From assembly GCA_963733675.1 (NCBI GenBank), contig CAVTET010000007.1, forward strand, positions 49,487-113,486: a stretch of DNA of 64,000 bases, in the 5' to 3' direction. The first letter of the stretch is position 1. Each line of letters starts with the position of its first letter. Below, in pieces: positions 1 to 12,717 of this stretch. Source of the DNA: an uncultured Methanosarcinaceae archaeon. Its GTDB lineage: Archaea > Halobacteriota > Methanosarcinia > Methanosarcinales > Methanosarcinaceae. Below the pieces are notes generated by a model. It saw only the letters and a list, made by a program, of their open reading frames with translations, made no database searches and was not told where the DNA came from. The translations under genes and the position numbers were made by a program.

Positions 1-1
1 C

Positions 2-76
2 AAGTTTGAAATCATTGCCACCAACATGTCAAAGGAAGAAGAAGAAAAGATGCGTGCAACCTTTGCAGAAGAATAA
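2..76 (+). CDS. 3' end of a gene running in from the left edge (KFEIIATNMSKEEEEKMRATFAEE*), possibly DUF1269-type
   Basis: Hand translation, open from base 2 to TAA at 74-76. Family call rests only on resemblance of the C-terminus. Confidence 0.4.
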   Translation, partial: KFEIIATNMSKEEEEKMRATFAEE

Positions 77-301
77 AGTTCGCCAAAAAATTCAGTTTTA
101 CCAGGGAGTAAACTCTCTGGGAACTACTTTTGAAAATATACATTCTATGCACATCGTTTCACATAATTGCATTAAATGAGCTAAATTACTAATCGTGTGC
201 GAGAGTAGCACAATTAGTCGAACTACATCAGATTTAGAATCTAATTTTGTAGGAGTTCTGTGTTCAAATAGTACCTCTCGCACCAAGTAGGAGTTGAGAT
301 T

Positions 302-451
302 ATGGAAGAAACAATCTGGTATCCTTCAGAATGGAAATGTAAATGCCCACACTGTGAAGCAACTAACACATGTTCTGTGCCTCAGAAAGATCTTGTGTGC
401 ACAGAATGTGGAAAAGCATTTGCAGTTTCTGTAGCGCATACAGAAGAGTAA
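302..451 (+). CDS. Small zinc-ribbon protein, 49 aa (CPHC...CTEC)
   Basis: Hand translation MEETIWYPSEWKCKCPHCEATNTCSVPQKDLVCTECGKAFAVSVAHTEE; AGGAG RBS upstream; below the ORF-track cutoff. Confidence 0.7.
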   Translation: MEETIWYPSEWKCKCPHCEATNTCSVPQKDLVCTECGKAFAVSVAHTEE

Positions 452-636
452 TTAAGCCATATATCAGAGAAATCTAATTTGCTAGCAATAGGGCTTACAC
501 AGTTGAACTGAAAAATCTATAGCATTAAACCACATTGTTTATTGTACTTAATTTTACATCTCAAATGTGTAGGGCCAAATAAGTATATTTCAACGACATG
601 AAATTCCACTGCAAAAATGAAAATCTCATAATTTAT

Positions 637-695
637 GGTTGTGGTGCAAAAATAATATTTCTGCGGTTTGATACTATAATTTTTGCAACGGAACC
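637..695. mobile_element. 59-bp chimeric mini-MITE with IS6-type ends
   Basis: Left end GGTTGTGGTGCAAAAATAATATTT matches MITE family B; right end TTTTGCAACGGAACC matches the IS6 terminal repeat. Confidence 0.6.
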
Positions 696-733
696 ATCAA
701 TCCTTCATAGAATTGCTGCTGAATTTGAATTGT

Positions 734-1003
734 TTAATCTTTTTCCCAGAATTCCTCAGCTTCTCTTTCCATCTTTTCCAGCCTGTCATAGTAATCCGGA
801 AATTCATTCAGGTGCGCCAGAGCAATTTTTCCAATCATTAGAGGATCATCGTTTGTAACATTCGTTAAACTGTCCCTGGTGCCATGTTCAAGTTCCACGT
901 CCATGCCACACCTGAACTGGTCAACATCGAATTTATCCCATTTCAGTCCCAGTTTTTCTCCAATTGCTTTTGCTTCTTCAGCCGTAAATACCAAAATTAT
1001 CAA
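734..1003 (-). CDS. DUF5661-family protein
   Basis: Motifs QFRxGMxVELEHG, TNDDP, KIALAHLNEFPDYYxRL. Confidence 0.8.
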   Translation of the reverse strand: MIILVFTAEEAKAIGEKLGLKWDKFDVDQFRCGMDVELEHGTRDSLTNVTNDDPLMIGKIALAHLNEFPDYYDRLEKMEREAEEFWEKD

Positions 1004-1149
1004 CTCAAATAACTAATAATACTTATTTTATAGATAAGGATACTCGCGCTAAAAATGAGTTGTATATATGGTCCAGTTGCAAAAATATTATTTATGCAAT
1101 AACAGTATTAGTTGCTGTGTCTATAACTAAAACAATGTTATAAACAAAG

Positions 1150-1600
1150 TCAGCCACATATACTTTTTTTCCGTCTGCAGTTGCTGCAAATGCCAAATAT
1201 GTTAAAATTCCATCCTCCAGCAGAAAAATCTACTTCATTTGATATCCGATCCACAATTTTAGAAATAAGGGGATATGTGCAGTCATTGATGCTTTTGCAC
1301 TGGAGGCAAACCAAATGCGTGTGTGGCTTCATATTGGGATCAAATCTGGCCTGATCTTTATCTAAATTCAATTTCTGGATCAAACCTGCCTCTTTCAAAA
1401 TTTAGAACAGTTTTATAAATTGTTGCAAGACTGACTGTTGGATAAACCTTCTTTACTTCACTATAAATTCCCTGAGCCGTTGGGTGGGCATGAGTGTGGA
1501 GAACAAATTGACCGATCACTATTATCTGGGGCGTGGCCTTGTATCCTTTTTCGTGGAGAGCTTTGATTATGGATGAGTATGAGTCCTGAAGGCTATTCAT
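1150..1600 (-). pseudogene. Fur/PerR-family regulator, frameshifted near 1400
   Basis: N-half (KATPQ, HPTA, VSLATIYKT) and C-half (RFD, HTHLVCLQC, CSNC) are in different frames; divergent from katG. Confidence 0.85.
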
Positions 1601-2037
1601 ATCCCATTATTATGTAATAATCAATATTAACTAGATATCCATGGTTATAGTAGTTGAATACTGAACTGGAATAAGTTCTTCAAGGATAGTAAAATATTAG
1701 TAATGATTAAAGGAGGAAATATAGATAAAATAGGAGTCATAAGATCTAAAGTAACAAACTTCCAGGATTGGAAAGTAAAATTCGACAAGAGGATGAAGAT
1801 TTGAAAAAATAGCGAATGGGCTTTACATGAGCTGTATTATGATGAAGCCTATTAAGAGGCTTATGTCGTTCATATCTTAAAAGATGACAAATTGGACATG
1901 GCAAAACAGCATTTAAGAATTTCAAGCACGTGGGAAGCGAACCGAAATTAGGTCTTCTAGCAATCGGAACTCAATTCTTCCAAGAGGAGACAAGATTGAA
2001 GAGATTGCATACCAGAGATTTATTCTTGAATTTTTAG

Positions 2038-4251
<2,214 letters not shown>

Positions 4252-4583
4252 TCGTAGTATAAACGTCTTCAAGGGCTTGAAGATCTTCAAAACAAACGAC
4301 TGTGCTCAGGCTGAAGAAAGGTATCGGTCGCTTGATAAGACAGGATAGGAACATATGATTGGCAACCTTGTGGCCGACCTGAGCCATGTCACCATTTTAG
4401 CTATTCAAAGATGTGCAATCGAAAACTTGCGGTAGGCTGATGAGACTTTGGCAACATATGCAGCAAAAGGGTTGAGCCTTTAGATGTTGAGTGGGGCCTG
4501 ATAGACTTTACTGATCTATGAAGAGACACAGATCATTCAAGTTCCTCTCGATTTATAAGTTTTGAATTAGAACTAGTGAGAGA

Positions 4584-4858
4584 ATGAAGAGCTTAAAGGG
4601 AACTAAGACCTAGAAGAATGTATTGCTGTCCTTCGCCGTAGAATCTCAGGCCAGGAATAGATAAAACTATTTTGAATTTCAGGCCAAAGAAGAAAGCCAT
4701 GAGCAGATAGCAGCCAATTCCTGGACAGCAGACAATGAAAAAGAGCATGCTAAGATATTTTTCAAGCTTTTAGAAGGTGGAGAAGCGAAGATCACAGGTG
4801 CATTCCCTGCCAGAGTAATCGGGAACACCTTGGCAAATCTCAAAGCTGCTGGTGCCAT
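4584..4858 (+). pseudogene. rbr: Rubrerythrin remnant (internal stops, 3'-truncated)
   Basis: Hand translation MKSLKGTKT*KNVLLSFAVESQARNR*NYFEFQAKEE...ADNEKEHAKIFFKLLEGG...FPARVIGNTLANLKAA matches the rubrerythrin N-terminus. Confidence 0.85.
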
Positions 4859-4986
4859 GTTTTTACACTTCATTTTATTCCTCAAAGTAATAACACCCCC
4901 CACTCCCCAATATCAAAAAACCGATGCCTATTTACTTTTTTAACTTCTTTCTCTTTAACTAAGCTTTAAATGTGTACAGCCTATTT

Positions 4987-5017
4987 ATACATAGGTTTTG
5001 TATCAAAATCTCTTTAT
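4987..5017. repeat. 31-bp quasi-palindromic core site (left of ori-cdc6 module)
   Basis: ATACATAGGTTTT-GTATC-AAAATCTCTTTAT. Confidence 0.6.
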
Positions 5018-5369
5018 TTCCTAAATTTCACAAGAAATAAAAAATATTGATTTAATTCTCATGGAACCCTTGGGACTCATAGAGCATAAACATATGAAGC
5101 GTTTTGTAGCTTACATCATAACTCAGACTAGCAAACATAAAAGCAAATTGAACTGAAAAAAACAGGATTATGAAACAACTTAGCGGATTGTTACAGATCC
5201 TAAATTTAAATTAAATACTAATAATTTGACGTTAAAATACTTATCTGTATATATTATAAAATTTAACCGTTACTTTTTTTAAGTAGAAATAGTTTGAAAA
5301 ATCAAATCCAAAATTAAATGTCAAAAAACAAATTTTCGATATTAATAGATCCACTATAGACTGAAGTGG

Positions 5370-5553
5370 CACCCCCTCTATTGACATTTAAACATATAAT
5401 TTTGTGCTGAAAAAAATCCAAATGGAAAGTTTTGATTTATAAAAAGTAAGAAGTCTCGTGTCATGTTTATGATTTACATATATAAATAATTTATTATTTT
5501 ATCTAACATAATTGATTTTTTACCTTCAATATTTTAATGTCAATTGGGGGGTG
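5370..5553. promoter_or_regulatory. Putative replication origin 1: inverted G-string boxes flanking an AT-rich spacer
   Basis: CACCCCCTCTATTGACATTTAAA (5370-5392) and TTTTAATGTCAATTGGGGGGTG (5532-5553), directly upstream of cdc6. Partial TTAAATGTCAA copies near 5315 and 5588, and an inverted one near 5698. Confidence 0.7.
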
Positions 5554-5707
5554 TATGCCAGCATTTCACTACTTAGCCGATATGGAATTAAATGTCAATC
5601 TGGCAAAAAATAGCTTTAATTTCTTAACATTTGGATTAAACGTCATAAATGTCTATAGTTGTCTCACAAAAATAGACATAATCTTACATACCTCAAATGA
5701 CATTTAA

Positions 5708-6967
5708 TTGATCATGCAATCTGAAGACATAGTGACAGATCTTGATGATTTCTTTGGAGAAAACAATAATACAATAGTAAAAGATGCTCAAGCATTATCT
5801 TTAGATTACGTTCCTGAACAAATAGTTGGGCGGAGAGCCGAGATAACAGAACTTGTAAAAATCTTTAAACCAATAGAGTTTAAAGGATATCCTTCTAATG
5901 CGACAATATTTGGTAATTCTGGATATGGAAAGACTGTAGTTGCCAAGTTTGTTCTCCAAAAGCTTATGGAGCGTGTAGAGAAGAAAAAATTATTGAATCA
6001 CACACTAAAATGGGTCTATATTCAGTGCAAAAAACATAAAACGGAGATAAAAGTCCTGTTTGAAACAATAACTCAATTAGATTCTAAAACAAAAGTGCCT
6101 AAAACTGGCTTGTCTCCAGGTGAATATTACGATGCTTTATGGGATCTAATCAAAGAGCAGAATATCTCTCTTATTGTAGTTCTCGATGAAATTGATAAAT
6201 TGAAAAGTGGTGATCTTTTATATAATTTAAGTCGTGCTGGTGAATCTCATCAACTTCCAGAACGTCATTTTCTAACTACGATAGGCATTTCAAACGATTT
6301 TGAATTTGGTAAGTATCTTGACACTAGAACAAAATCATCAATGAATTTCAAAGATGTGGTTTTCTCGGCATATAATGCAGAACAGATAAAAATGATTCTT
6401 TTTGACCGTGTTAAAATTGCATTTAATCCGGGGGCAGTCTCCAACGAGACAATTGAGTTATGTGCTGCAATTTCAGCTAAGGCTCACGGAGATGCTCGCA
6501 AAGCTATCGATCTTTTAAGGGCAGCTGCTATCTATGCTGAAGAGAATGGATATGAGCAGGTACTTCCAGAACATATTGACAAGGCTTTTGAAGAACTGGA
6601 TGGAGATAGAATGATAAAATTTATTCCAAAACTTGCTTTGCATGATAAACTTGTCCTATTATCAATTGTGAAAACAACTAACTATAATAAACAAATTACA
6701 AATGTTAGACAAGTTACTGCAATGTATAATAAACTTTGTGATGAGATTCAAGAAAAAAGGAAAGGGAGAACAACTGTTTCAACTAAGATAGGAGAATTAC
6801 TCACGATGAGCTATATTAAAGTTCTTTCTGTTAGAAAGGGACGTGGAGAAGGAGGACGAGAGGTAGAATTAAATGTTTCTTCGCGACGTGTTTTAGAAGA
6901 TGTGTTGTATGAGGATTATAACCTGGGAGACTTAAGAGATTTTAATCCAACGATGTTTTCCAATTAA
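5708..6967 (+). CDS. cdc6: Orc1/Cdc6-family replication initiator (copy 1)
   Basis: LDYVP..GR..EI, Walker A GNSGYGKT, Walker B LDEIDKL, GDARKAIDLLR, C-terminal winged helix with GRG wing. Probable start ATG 5714. Confidence 0.95.
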   Translation: MIMQSEDIVTDLDDFFGENNNTIVKDAQALSLDYVPEQIVGRRAEITELVKIFKPIEFKGYPSNATIFGNSGYGKTVVAKFVLQKLMERVEKKKLLNHTLKWVYIQCKKHKTEIKVLFETITQLDSKTKVPKTGLSPGEYYDALWDLIKEQNISLIVVLDEIDKLKSGDLLYNLSRAGESHQLPERHFLTTIGISNDFEFGKYLDTRTKSSMNFKDVVFSAYNAEQIKMILFDRVKIAFNPGAVSNETIELCAAISAKAHGDARKAIDLLRAAAIYAEENGYEQVLPEHIDKAFEELDGDRMIKFIPKLALHDKLVLLSIVKTTNYNKQITNVRQVTAMYNKLCDEIQEKRKGRTTVSTKIGELLTMSYIKVLSVRKGRGEGGREVELNVSSRRVLEDVLYEDYNLGDLRDFNPTMFSN

Positions 6968-6986
6968 TTCTTTTTGTAATCCATAA

Positions 6987-7017
6987 ACGCACATGTTTTA
7001 AAGTGAAACATCTATAT
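6987..7017. repeat. Degenerate core site (right of cdc6)
   Basis: ACGCACATGTTTT-AAAGT-GAAACATCTATAT; left arm nearly identical to the 8454 site. Confidence 0.45.
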
Positions 7018-7215
7018 TTTTTAATCTAGTGATAGCCTGCATACGATTCATTACTTAGTTCTAATGTCTTATGTTGATTAAGGATCCAGAAGTCCAACAT
7101 TTTTTTAGAATGTATATCTTAGACTATTTAGTTAGTATAATAAATACATATAAAAAATACTAAAAATATATATTCTTTGGTGTTCATTTAATATCTTAGG
7201 ACCCATAAATGCACT

Positions 7216-7321
7216 ATGGCATAGATCTCAAAATAAAATGTCTTAGCGTGATTATGTGTCTAAAATGAAAAAGCATCAAGTAGCTCTTCGATGTATAGTG
7301 TATCTTACCCACAACTTATAA
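7216..7321 (-). repeat. ~105-bp non-coding repeat, copy 1 (candidate small RNA gene)
   Basis: Near-identical to 42119-42225. The minus strand reads TTATAAG box, about 65 nt, then a T-rich tract. Confidence 0.6.
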
Positions 7322-7507
7322 AACTATTTTTTATCTATCTTTGAATATACGATATCAGTGGGATGCATGGTGTCTCAAGGATCATAGATGACAGTAAGCT
7401 TTTCTGGTAAATAATTATTTTTTCTGGTAAATAATTATTATTTCTAAAATATTATATCTAATTTTAATAGGTCCTAGCCTTTTAACTTCCATAGACTCAA
7501 AACAGAA

Positions 7508-7778
7508 ATAGGGCAATATCGATTAGTACAAAGAATATCGTTATTGCCCTGGAGATTCGGCGCCCAATTACTTAAAATTATCCATGGAGTTAACATGTAT
7601 CAACATGAAATTAACAACAATAAATTATTGTTTGTGCAGTTGGTGGGATGATCGATCCGATACTTTTAAGCTCATTTTCCCTAACAGTTTAACTTGTTCT
7701 GTTAATAGACTGAGTACTGCTCAATGGTATTGTGTTACATTGATCAAAAGCACATGTTTTACATTAAAACCTATGCAT
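7508..7778. repeat. ~270-bp non-coding repeat, copy 1, ending in core site 7748-7778
   Basis: Aligns with 14167-14439 and, inverted, with 29823-30022. Starts with a GGGCAATA...TATTGCCC hairpin and ends AAGCACATGTTTT-ACATT-AAAACCTATGCAT. Confidence 0.8.
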
Positions 7779-7788
7779 ATTGTCAACA

Positions 7789-8231
7789 TCACCCATAAAT
7801 GTTAGTTTTTATTTGAAGATCTCTGTTGTTATTTATATTGTATATGTTTTTGATATTCTGTTCTACAACATTACGGCATGGTGAACAACATGGGCATTCA
7901 CAGCAAGACTTGGAGGGCGTTATTGTTGCACTAGTATTGGGTGAAAATACTGGTTTGTAATTGTATGAACCTGTTGCATTCGCTAAATTGGTCACTGAAC
8001 CATTATTAAAATCCGACTGTTTTATTGTGTAGGTAGCTGTTCCTGTAACACTGCTACCAGGTACAAGATCAGCGCTGGTTATATTGAATGTTCCAGTTAT
8101 GTTGTCTGCAACAGTAATAGGTGCGGTGATATTCACATTTCCTGTGTTTGTTACATTATAAGTGTATTCGATAACCTGCCAGACAGCATTATAAGTTGAT
8201 GGATATGCTGATTTTACTATTGTCAGAGCTG
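7789..8231 (-). pseudogene. DUF11/DUF7507-type Ig-like surface-protein fragment
   Basis: ALTIVKSA, YTYNVTNTGNV, L.PG.SVTGTATYTIKQSD..GSVTNLA; frameshift near 8180; no signal peptide. Confidence 0.7.
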
Positions 8232-8453
8232 CAGCATGGATGATTTTCTGTAAAATCGTAAATCTCTATATTTGGAGTATTTTTTTTCTTCTCGTTTATT
8301 ATGTTTTGATTTTAAATATGGCTTCTGCTATCCTTAAAATATTTCATTTATTTTTAATATCATCACTAACTAGCATTGATATTAATAAAATCTATGCATT
8401 TTCCGTTAAATAAGTGTAAAAAATGCTCTAGAATGTTGACTGAAACTGGAAAA

Positions 8454-8484
8454 ACGCACAGGTTTTGATACAAAAACTGTGCAT
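8454..8484. repeat. Core site (left of fluoride module)
   Basis: ACGCACAGGTTTT-GATAC-AAAAACTGTGCAT; a half site AAAATCTATGCAT lies at 8387-8399. Confidence 0.75.
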
Positions 8485-8590
8485 CAGTTAAAATTAAAAA
8501 GAATACGATAAACCCCTAAATATTATGACAATATTTAAAACTATTACGAAGCAGTTAATATATAAATAGAAATAAGTAGACAGTGTTGAT

Positions 8591-9133
8591 ATGGCTGAAC
8601 GGCAAGTAGAAAGTGTGGTTATCGAAATCCCAAAAGGAAGTCGGAACAAATACGAGTATGATAAAAAACAGAAAGTCATTAAATTTAACAGAATGCTTTA
8701 TTCTTCAATGGTATATCCCTGTGATTATGGGTTTTTTCCCGATACTATAGCACTTGATGGTGATCCCTTAGATGCCCTTGTTTTAACATGGGAACCTACA
8801 TTTCCAGGATGTGTAATAGATGTATACCCTATCGCATTGTTTGATATGGAAGATGATAAGGGAATAGATGAAAAGATACTCTGTGTTCCAAAGAGTGATC
8901 CATTGTGGAATTATATAGAAACAATTGAACAGGTTCCTCCTCACCTATTAAAGGAAATCACTCACTTTTTTGAAACTTATAAGAATTTAGAGAACAAACA
9001 CGTGATAATTATTGGTTGGGAAGGTCTCAAAACAGCAGCCAATATACTCCAAGAAGCTAAATCTCGATATATTGAACAAAATGAAATTGCGGATGGTCAC
9101 CTTACCCTTAACAAGCTGTCTGACAATTACTAG
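8591..9133 (+). CDS. ppa: Family I inorganic pyrophosphatase
   Basis: IEIPKGSRNKYEYD, YPCDYGF, DGDPLD, DEKIL, HFFETYKNLE. Confidence 0.95.
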   Translation: MAERQVESVVIEIPKGSRNKYEYDKKQKVIKFNRMLYSSMVYPCDYGFFPDTIALDGDPLDALVLTWEPTFPGCVIDVYPIALFDMEDDKGIDEKILCVPKSDPLWNYIETIEQVPPHLLKEITHFFETYKNLENKHVIIIGWEGLKTAANILQEAKSRYIEQNEIADGHLTLNKLSDNY

Positions 9134-9333
9134 CAATAATAAATATTAATCATCTATCAATTAGCTCGTTTTTATTAGTAAATCCATATTTCCATAAAGC
9201 ATCAATGAAATGCGGAACAAAAAAACCGAAAAATGACTATACTTTTATTTTTGAAACAAAACCAACTAAATAATAGAGGACTATCCATGCTTGCATAAAT
9301 TATTTATTTAATATTGGTAAACTTCTCCCTGAA

Positions 9334-9391
9334 AGATGATGAAGTCCACCTAGATCTTTAAATCTAAACCGCTTATGCTAATGACTTCTAC
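9334..9391 (+). ncRNA. Fluoride riboswitch (crcB motif)
   Basis: AGATGATGAAGTCCACCT...AAACCGC-TTAT-GCTAATGACTTCTAC with a GAAGTC/GACTTC pseudoknot pair, immediately 5' of crcB. One mismatch in P1. Confidence 0.85.
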
Positions 9392-9412
9392 ACAATCATC
9401 GAGGCTTTTGAC

Positions 9413-9811
9413 TTGTACATACTTCTATTAGTAGGCATAGGCGGTTTCATAGGCTCTATCTTGAGATATACTTTAAGTGGATGGGTACAGAGTAATCTTG
9501 TTAATTTCCCGGTTGGTACTTTGGCTGTAAATGTTAGTGGCAGCTTCCTTTTGGGGTTAATAATGTACCTTTCTGAGTATCAAGAACTCTTTGGCGAAGA
9601 AACCAGGATATTTCTGACAATTGGATTAATCGGTGGCTATACAACATTATCAACATTTAGTTATGAGTCATTCAGATTATTAGACGATTCAAAACTAACA
9701 CTAATGGCAATAAATTTGATGGCCACAGTATTATTTTCCATGTTTGCAGTGTATTTAGGGAAAATTGTGGCTTTGAACTTTTACACGTATCTGCTAAGGG
9801 GAATTAGATGA
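9413..9811 (+). CDS. crcB: Fluoride channel Fluc/CrcB
   Basis: GGFIGSILRY, FPVGTLAVNVSGSFLLG, GLIGGYTTLSTFSYE; TTG start. Confidence 0.95.
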   Translation: MYILLLVGIGGFIGSILRYTLSGWVQSNLVNFPVGTLAVNVSGSFLLGLIMYLSEYQELFGEETRIFLTIGLIGGYTTLSTFSYESFRLLDDSKLTLMAINLMATVLFSMFAVYLGKIVALNFYTYLLRGIR

Positions 9812-10194
9812 AAAAAGAATCTCAGGCTATATTATTGAGAATATTCATTGGAGAGTCTGATAGGTATAACGGCAAATCGATGTATATACATATACTTGAG
9901 ATGCTCAAAAATGAAGGAATCGCAGGGGCAACTGTCTTTAGAGGCATTGCTGGTTTTGGAAAACACAGCCGTTTTCATACAACATTTATATTGCAGTTAT
10001 CCACTGACCTGCCAATACTTATCGAAATAGCTGATCTCGAAGAAAAAATTGATAAGATCAAACCAAAATTGGACGAAATAATTACCCAAGGGTTGATCAC
10101 AGAAAAAAAATTAAAATTGTATTTTATGACTACAACAAAGAGAAATGAAATCTTCGTTACAATATCCTTACGCAGTGAACTGGGAAATCAATAA
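9808..10194 (+). CDS. DUF190 (PII-like) protein; C-terminus frameshifted in an A-run near 10103-10110
   Basis: LLRIFIGESD, GIAGATVFRGIAGFG, LSTDLP. The native-looking end IKIVFYDYNKEK* (TGA 10146-10148) is in a shifted frame. Confidence 0.85.
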   Translation: MKKESQAILLRIFIGESDRYNGKSMYIHILEMLKNEGIAGATVFRGIAGFGKHSRFHTTFILQLSTDLPILIEIADLEEKIDKIKPKLDEIITQGLITEKKLKLYFMTTTKRNEIFVTISLRSELGNQ

Positions 10195-10419
10195 CATCAA
10201 ACCTTCAATTGTCTAAGAAATGATTTTAACCACACTATCTAAAGTACTTGATTTTATACTTCACGTGCTTAAATTATAATGAAATTGGCGATTAGACCCG
10301 AAGGAACCTTTGCTGATGTCAGTGTATTAAAATGTATACAGTATATCTAAAGTTCTGTAAATTCCGATAGATATTATCCCCTTTCTTTACAACAAAAAGA
10401 AGATTTATCGTTTTTATTG

Positions 10420-10450
10420 ATGTGGAAGTTTTCATACAAAACCTATCATC
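10420..10450. repeat. Core site (right of fluoride module) with conserved arm 10335-10419
   Basis: ATGTGGAAGTTTT-CATAC-AAAACCTATCATC; arm shared with the 17075, 40006 and 52420 sites. Confidence 0.7.
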
Positions 10451-10555
10451 TCGGGATTAAGGGAATTCAAACCTTTGGACCAAAGCTATACTGCTGTTCA
10501 ATAATTTTATCATGAAATCAAAGCACTTATAGCACTCATGACAGGCTATGAATTT

Positions 10556-10742
10556 TCACTGTCCCTTCGTTGCTCTGTCTCCTGCCTTATCCGCTTCTTT
10601 CTGACAAACATAAGCTCCGCTCTTGGTGTTCCCGTACCAATGTTGACCTTTGTAATGATAGATGCCTGTCGGAAGATTAAGCCACACAACAGTATCTGTT
10701 GGACAATGCCGTTTTTGTCTGCTTGAATGTTGGGTTTTTCAT
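10556..10742 (-). pseudogene. Internally deleted paralog of the 39588-39899 secreted protein
   Basis: HCPTDTVVWLNLPTGIYHYKGQHWYGNTKSGAYVCQKEADKAGDRATKGQ* is retained, but the signal peptide is deleted and the domain is out of frame with ATG 10742. Confidence 0.85.
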
Positions 10743-11047
10743 TTATTTAGACTCCAAAATTTTCTTATACATACAGTTAGAAATATATTTGATAATTAAA
10801 AAATTTTGGCGTAATAAATAGTTTTAATTTGTTAGGCTGTAGTTGTAATATTTTTAACTTAGTAAGTTAAAGAGTGCTTTACTTTTAACCCTACTGCATA
10901 GTCAACTTCATGTAAAATTCACTACCCATTACCTTCATTCGCTAGAATGACCTGTTTTATTACAATAATGTATATTAGGTCTCAATAAATACAACAATTG
11001 GAAACAAATGGAAATGTTTTTTAATTATGTTTCCAAATTACCATAAT

Positions 11048-11500
11048 ATGCCGGAAACAAAGAGAAAAATTTGCGTATGGGTTTCTACTGATATGTATAA
11101 CAGTGTAGTAAAAGCAGGTTATGATAGTCCTACAGTTGCCGTAATAAAAGGTTTTGAATTATTACTAGGAGAAGCGGAATGCCGGCAAAATGCCGGCAAT
11201 TTGGAACAAGCTGCCGCACAAATTACGGCGGATAATCATAATTTAAAAAATGAAGTTCAGAGACTTACTTTAGCGCTTCAAGACACACCAGATCCTAGTG
11301 AACTTGCACAACTAAAAGCTAGGTATGAAGAGTTAAAAAAGCATAACGAAACTTTAAAAGCAGAGCTTGAGAGTACACGCCAGAGAGAGCAAGATCTTAA
11401 AAAGACGTTTGATAATTATATGGTTCAAGTTCAAACCCTAATCAATCAAAAAGCAGTTGAAGCACCGGGATCTAAGAAACCATGGTGGCGTTTTTGGTAA
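11048..11500 (+). CDS. RHH-like / coiled-coil protein ending KKPWWRFW (copy 1)
   Basis: N-terminal KICVWVSTDMY...GYDSPT, long heptad region; paralog of 38626-39105. ORF track start 11027 is also possible. Confidence 0.8.
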   Translation: MPETKRKICVWVSTDMYNSVVKAGYDSPTVAVIKGFELLLGEAECRQNAGNLEQAAAQITADNHNLKNEVQRLTLALQDTPDPSELAQLKARYEELKKHNETLKAELESTRQREQDLKKTFDNYMVQVQTLINQKAVEAPGSKKPWWRFW

Positions 11501-11583
11501 GTTCAACTACAATAATACAAACTGATAAAAATTGATAATAACTTAGTTTATATTAAAAATAAATTAAGTTAGAGTGAAAAATA

Positions 11584-11942
11584 TTAAATAGTTTGATACT
11601 TTTGATTTTCGTTACCCAAATTAAACTTTTCTAGAATTTGTGCCCTAATGCCATCTGCATAATTGATTGCTATATCAACAATCACATTCTGATTCTCTGA
11701 AACCAGATTTGTTTTCTTAGTTCCAAAAGAACTTTTGCAGCCTCAGCATTACATTTTTGAATGTATTTATAGAACTGATAATACTTTCCTGATATCTCTG
11801 TCTTCCCCTTGTTCATCCAGTCATTGAATGTCTTATAGATTATGCCGGCTGATTCAGCAGCAAGAGCATATGTCAATCCAAGAGACACACCATCGCCAAT
11901 TCATTTGGTTACATCAGACGTCATTTTGGTTGGTCTAGACAT
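11584..11942 (-). pseudogene. HTH protein resembling a phage terminase small subunit (copy 1; stop and internal deletion)
   Basis: MSRPTKMTSDVTK*IGDGVSLGLTYALAAESAG...YYQFYKYIQKCNAE; paralog of 38189 and 36707. Confidence 0.75.
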
Positions 11943-12384
11943 GGTCGCACCGTTTTTTATTTATTGTAATTAATATTAGTGAATTTTGTATTTAATATTT
12001 AGTTAGTTTTGTTCTGAATGAAGGCGGGATTGCTACCAGCTAAATCAAAATAGAGCCACTCTCAGACGCTGTGAGCCAGTTTATTGACTAAGGCAATGGG
12101 TAAAAACATTAGACTCTTCACAAAAGCCTTACTAGTAGCCCCAGAATAAGTCATTTTCCGACCAAATTAATTCCTCATGATTTAACTATCATTGCACGGT
12201 AAGTACCTTCACGATATTTTTCCATATAGTTTTATAACATTATAATAATAAAAATTATGTTAACTAAGATATTTGCTTAGATTTTTAGCTAGAATTTCAC
12301 TTCTATTCTATACTATTTAGTTATAACTAATACTATTTAATATATATGCAAAAACTATATATTGGGTCAAATATAACTGTAAGT

Positions 12385-12468
12385 ATAGGATTCTCTCAAA
12401 CCTTCAATTAAAACCTACTCATGGACTGCAGGTAGCAACACCCTGCAGTTCACAAGATCAACTTTTTT
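12385..12468 (+). ncRNA. Candidate small RNA, family S copy A
   Basis: BRE/TATA GCAAAAACTATATA at 12348-12361, hairpin GGACTGCAGG...CCTGCAGTTC, then ACAAGATCAAC and T6. Confidence 0.6.
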
Positions 12469-12717
12469 GACATTTTAGATTAGCCTGATCGCCTAAAGGG
12501 ATTAAGTAAAAGAACTTTCATTTCGGAATTTGAGCACATAATTGATCAATGTTAGCTCTTTGTGTTATATACTCTGCAAAAGTTTGCTGCTGATATTTGT
12601 GCAAAGATATTAAGTAGCACAAAAATCAGGATTACATAACTTATTAAAATTAGTTTAAGTTAGTACTATTTAGACTATATGCAAAAGAGATATAACAAAT
12701 CAAACAGAATTGTAAAG

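Noticed and set aside
1720-2010. Possible decayed small gene upstream of katG (KVTNFQDWKVKFD)
   Set aside because: No start, multiple stops, family not securely identifiable.
4440-4530. Possible DUF2203-like remnant (VEPLDVEWGLIDF)
   Set aside because: Too short and degraded to support without a search.
7400-7442. Short tandem duplications (also 36172-36204 and 52164-52200)
   Set aside because: Two-copy AT-rich slippage products with no further structure.
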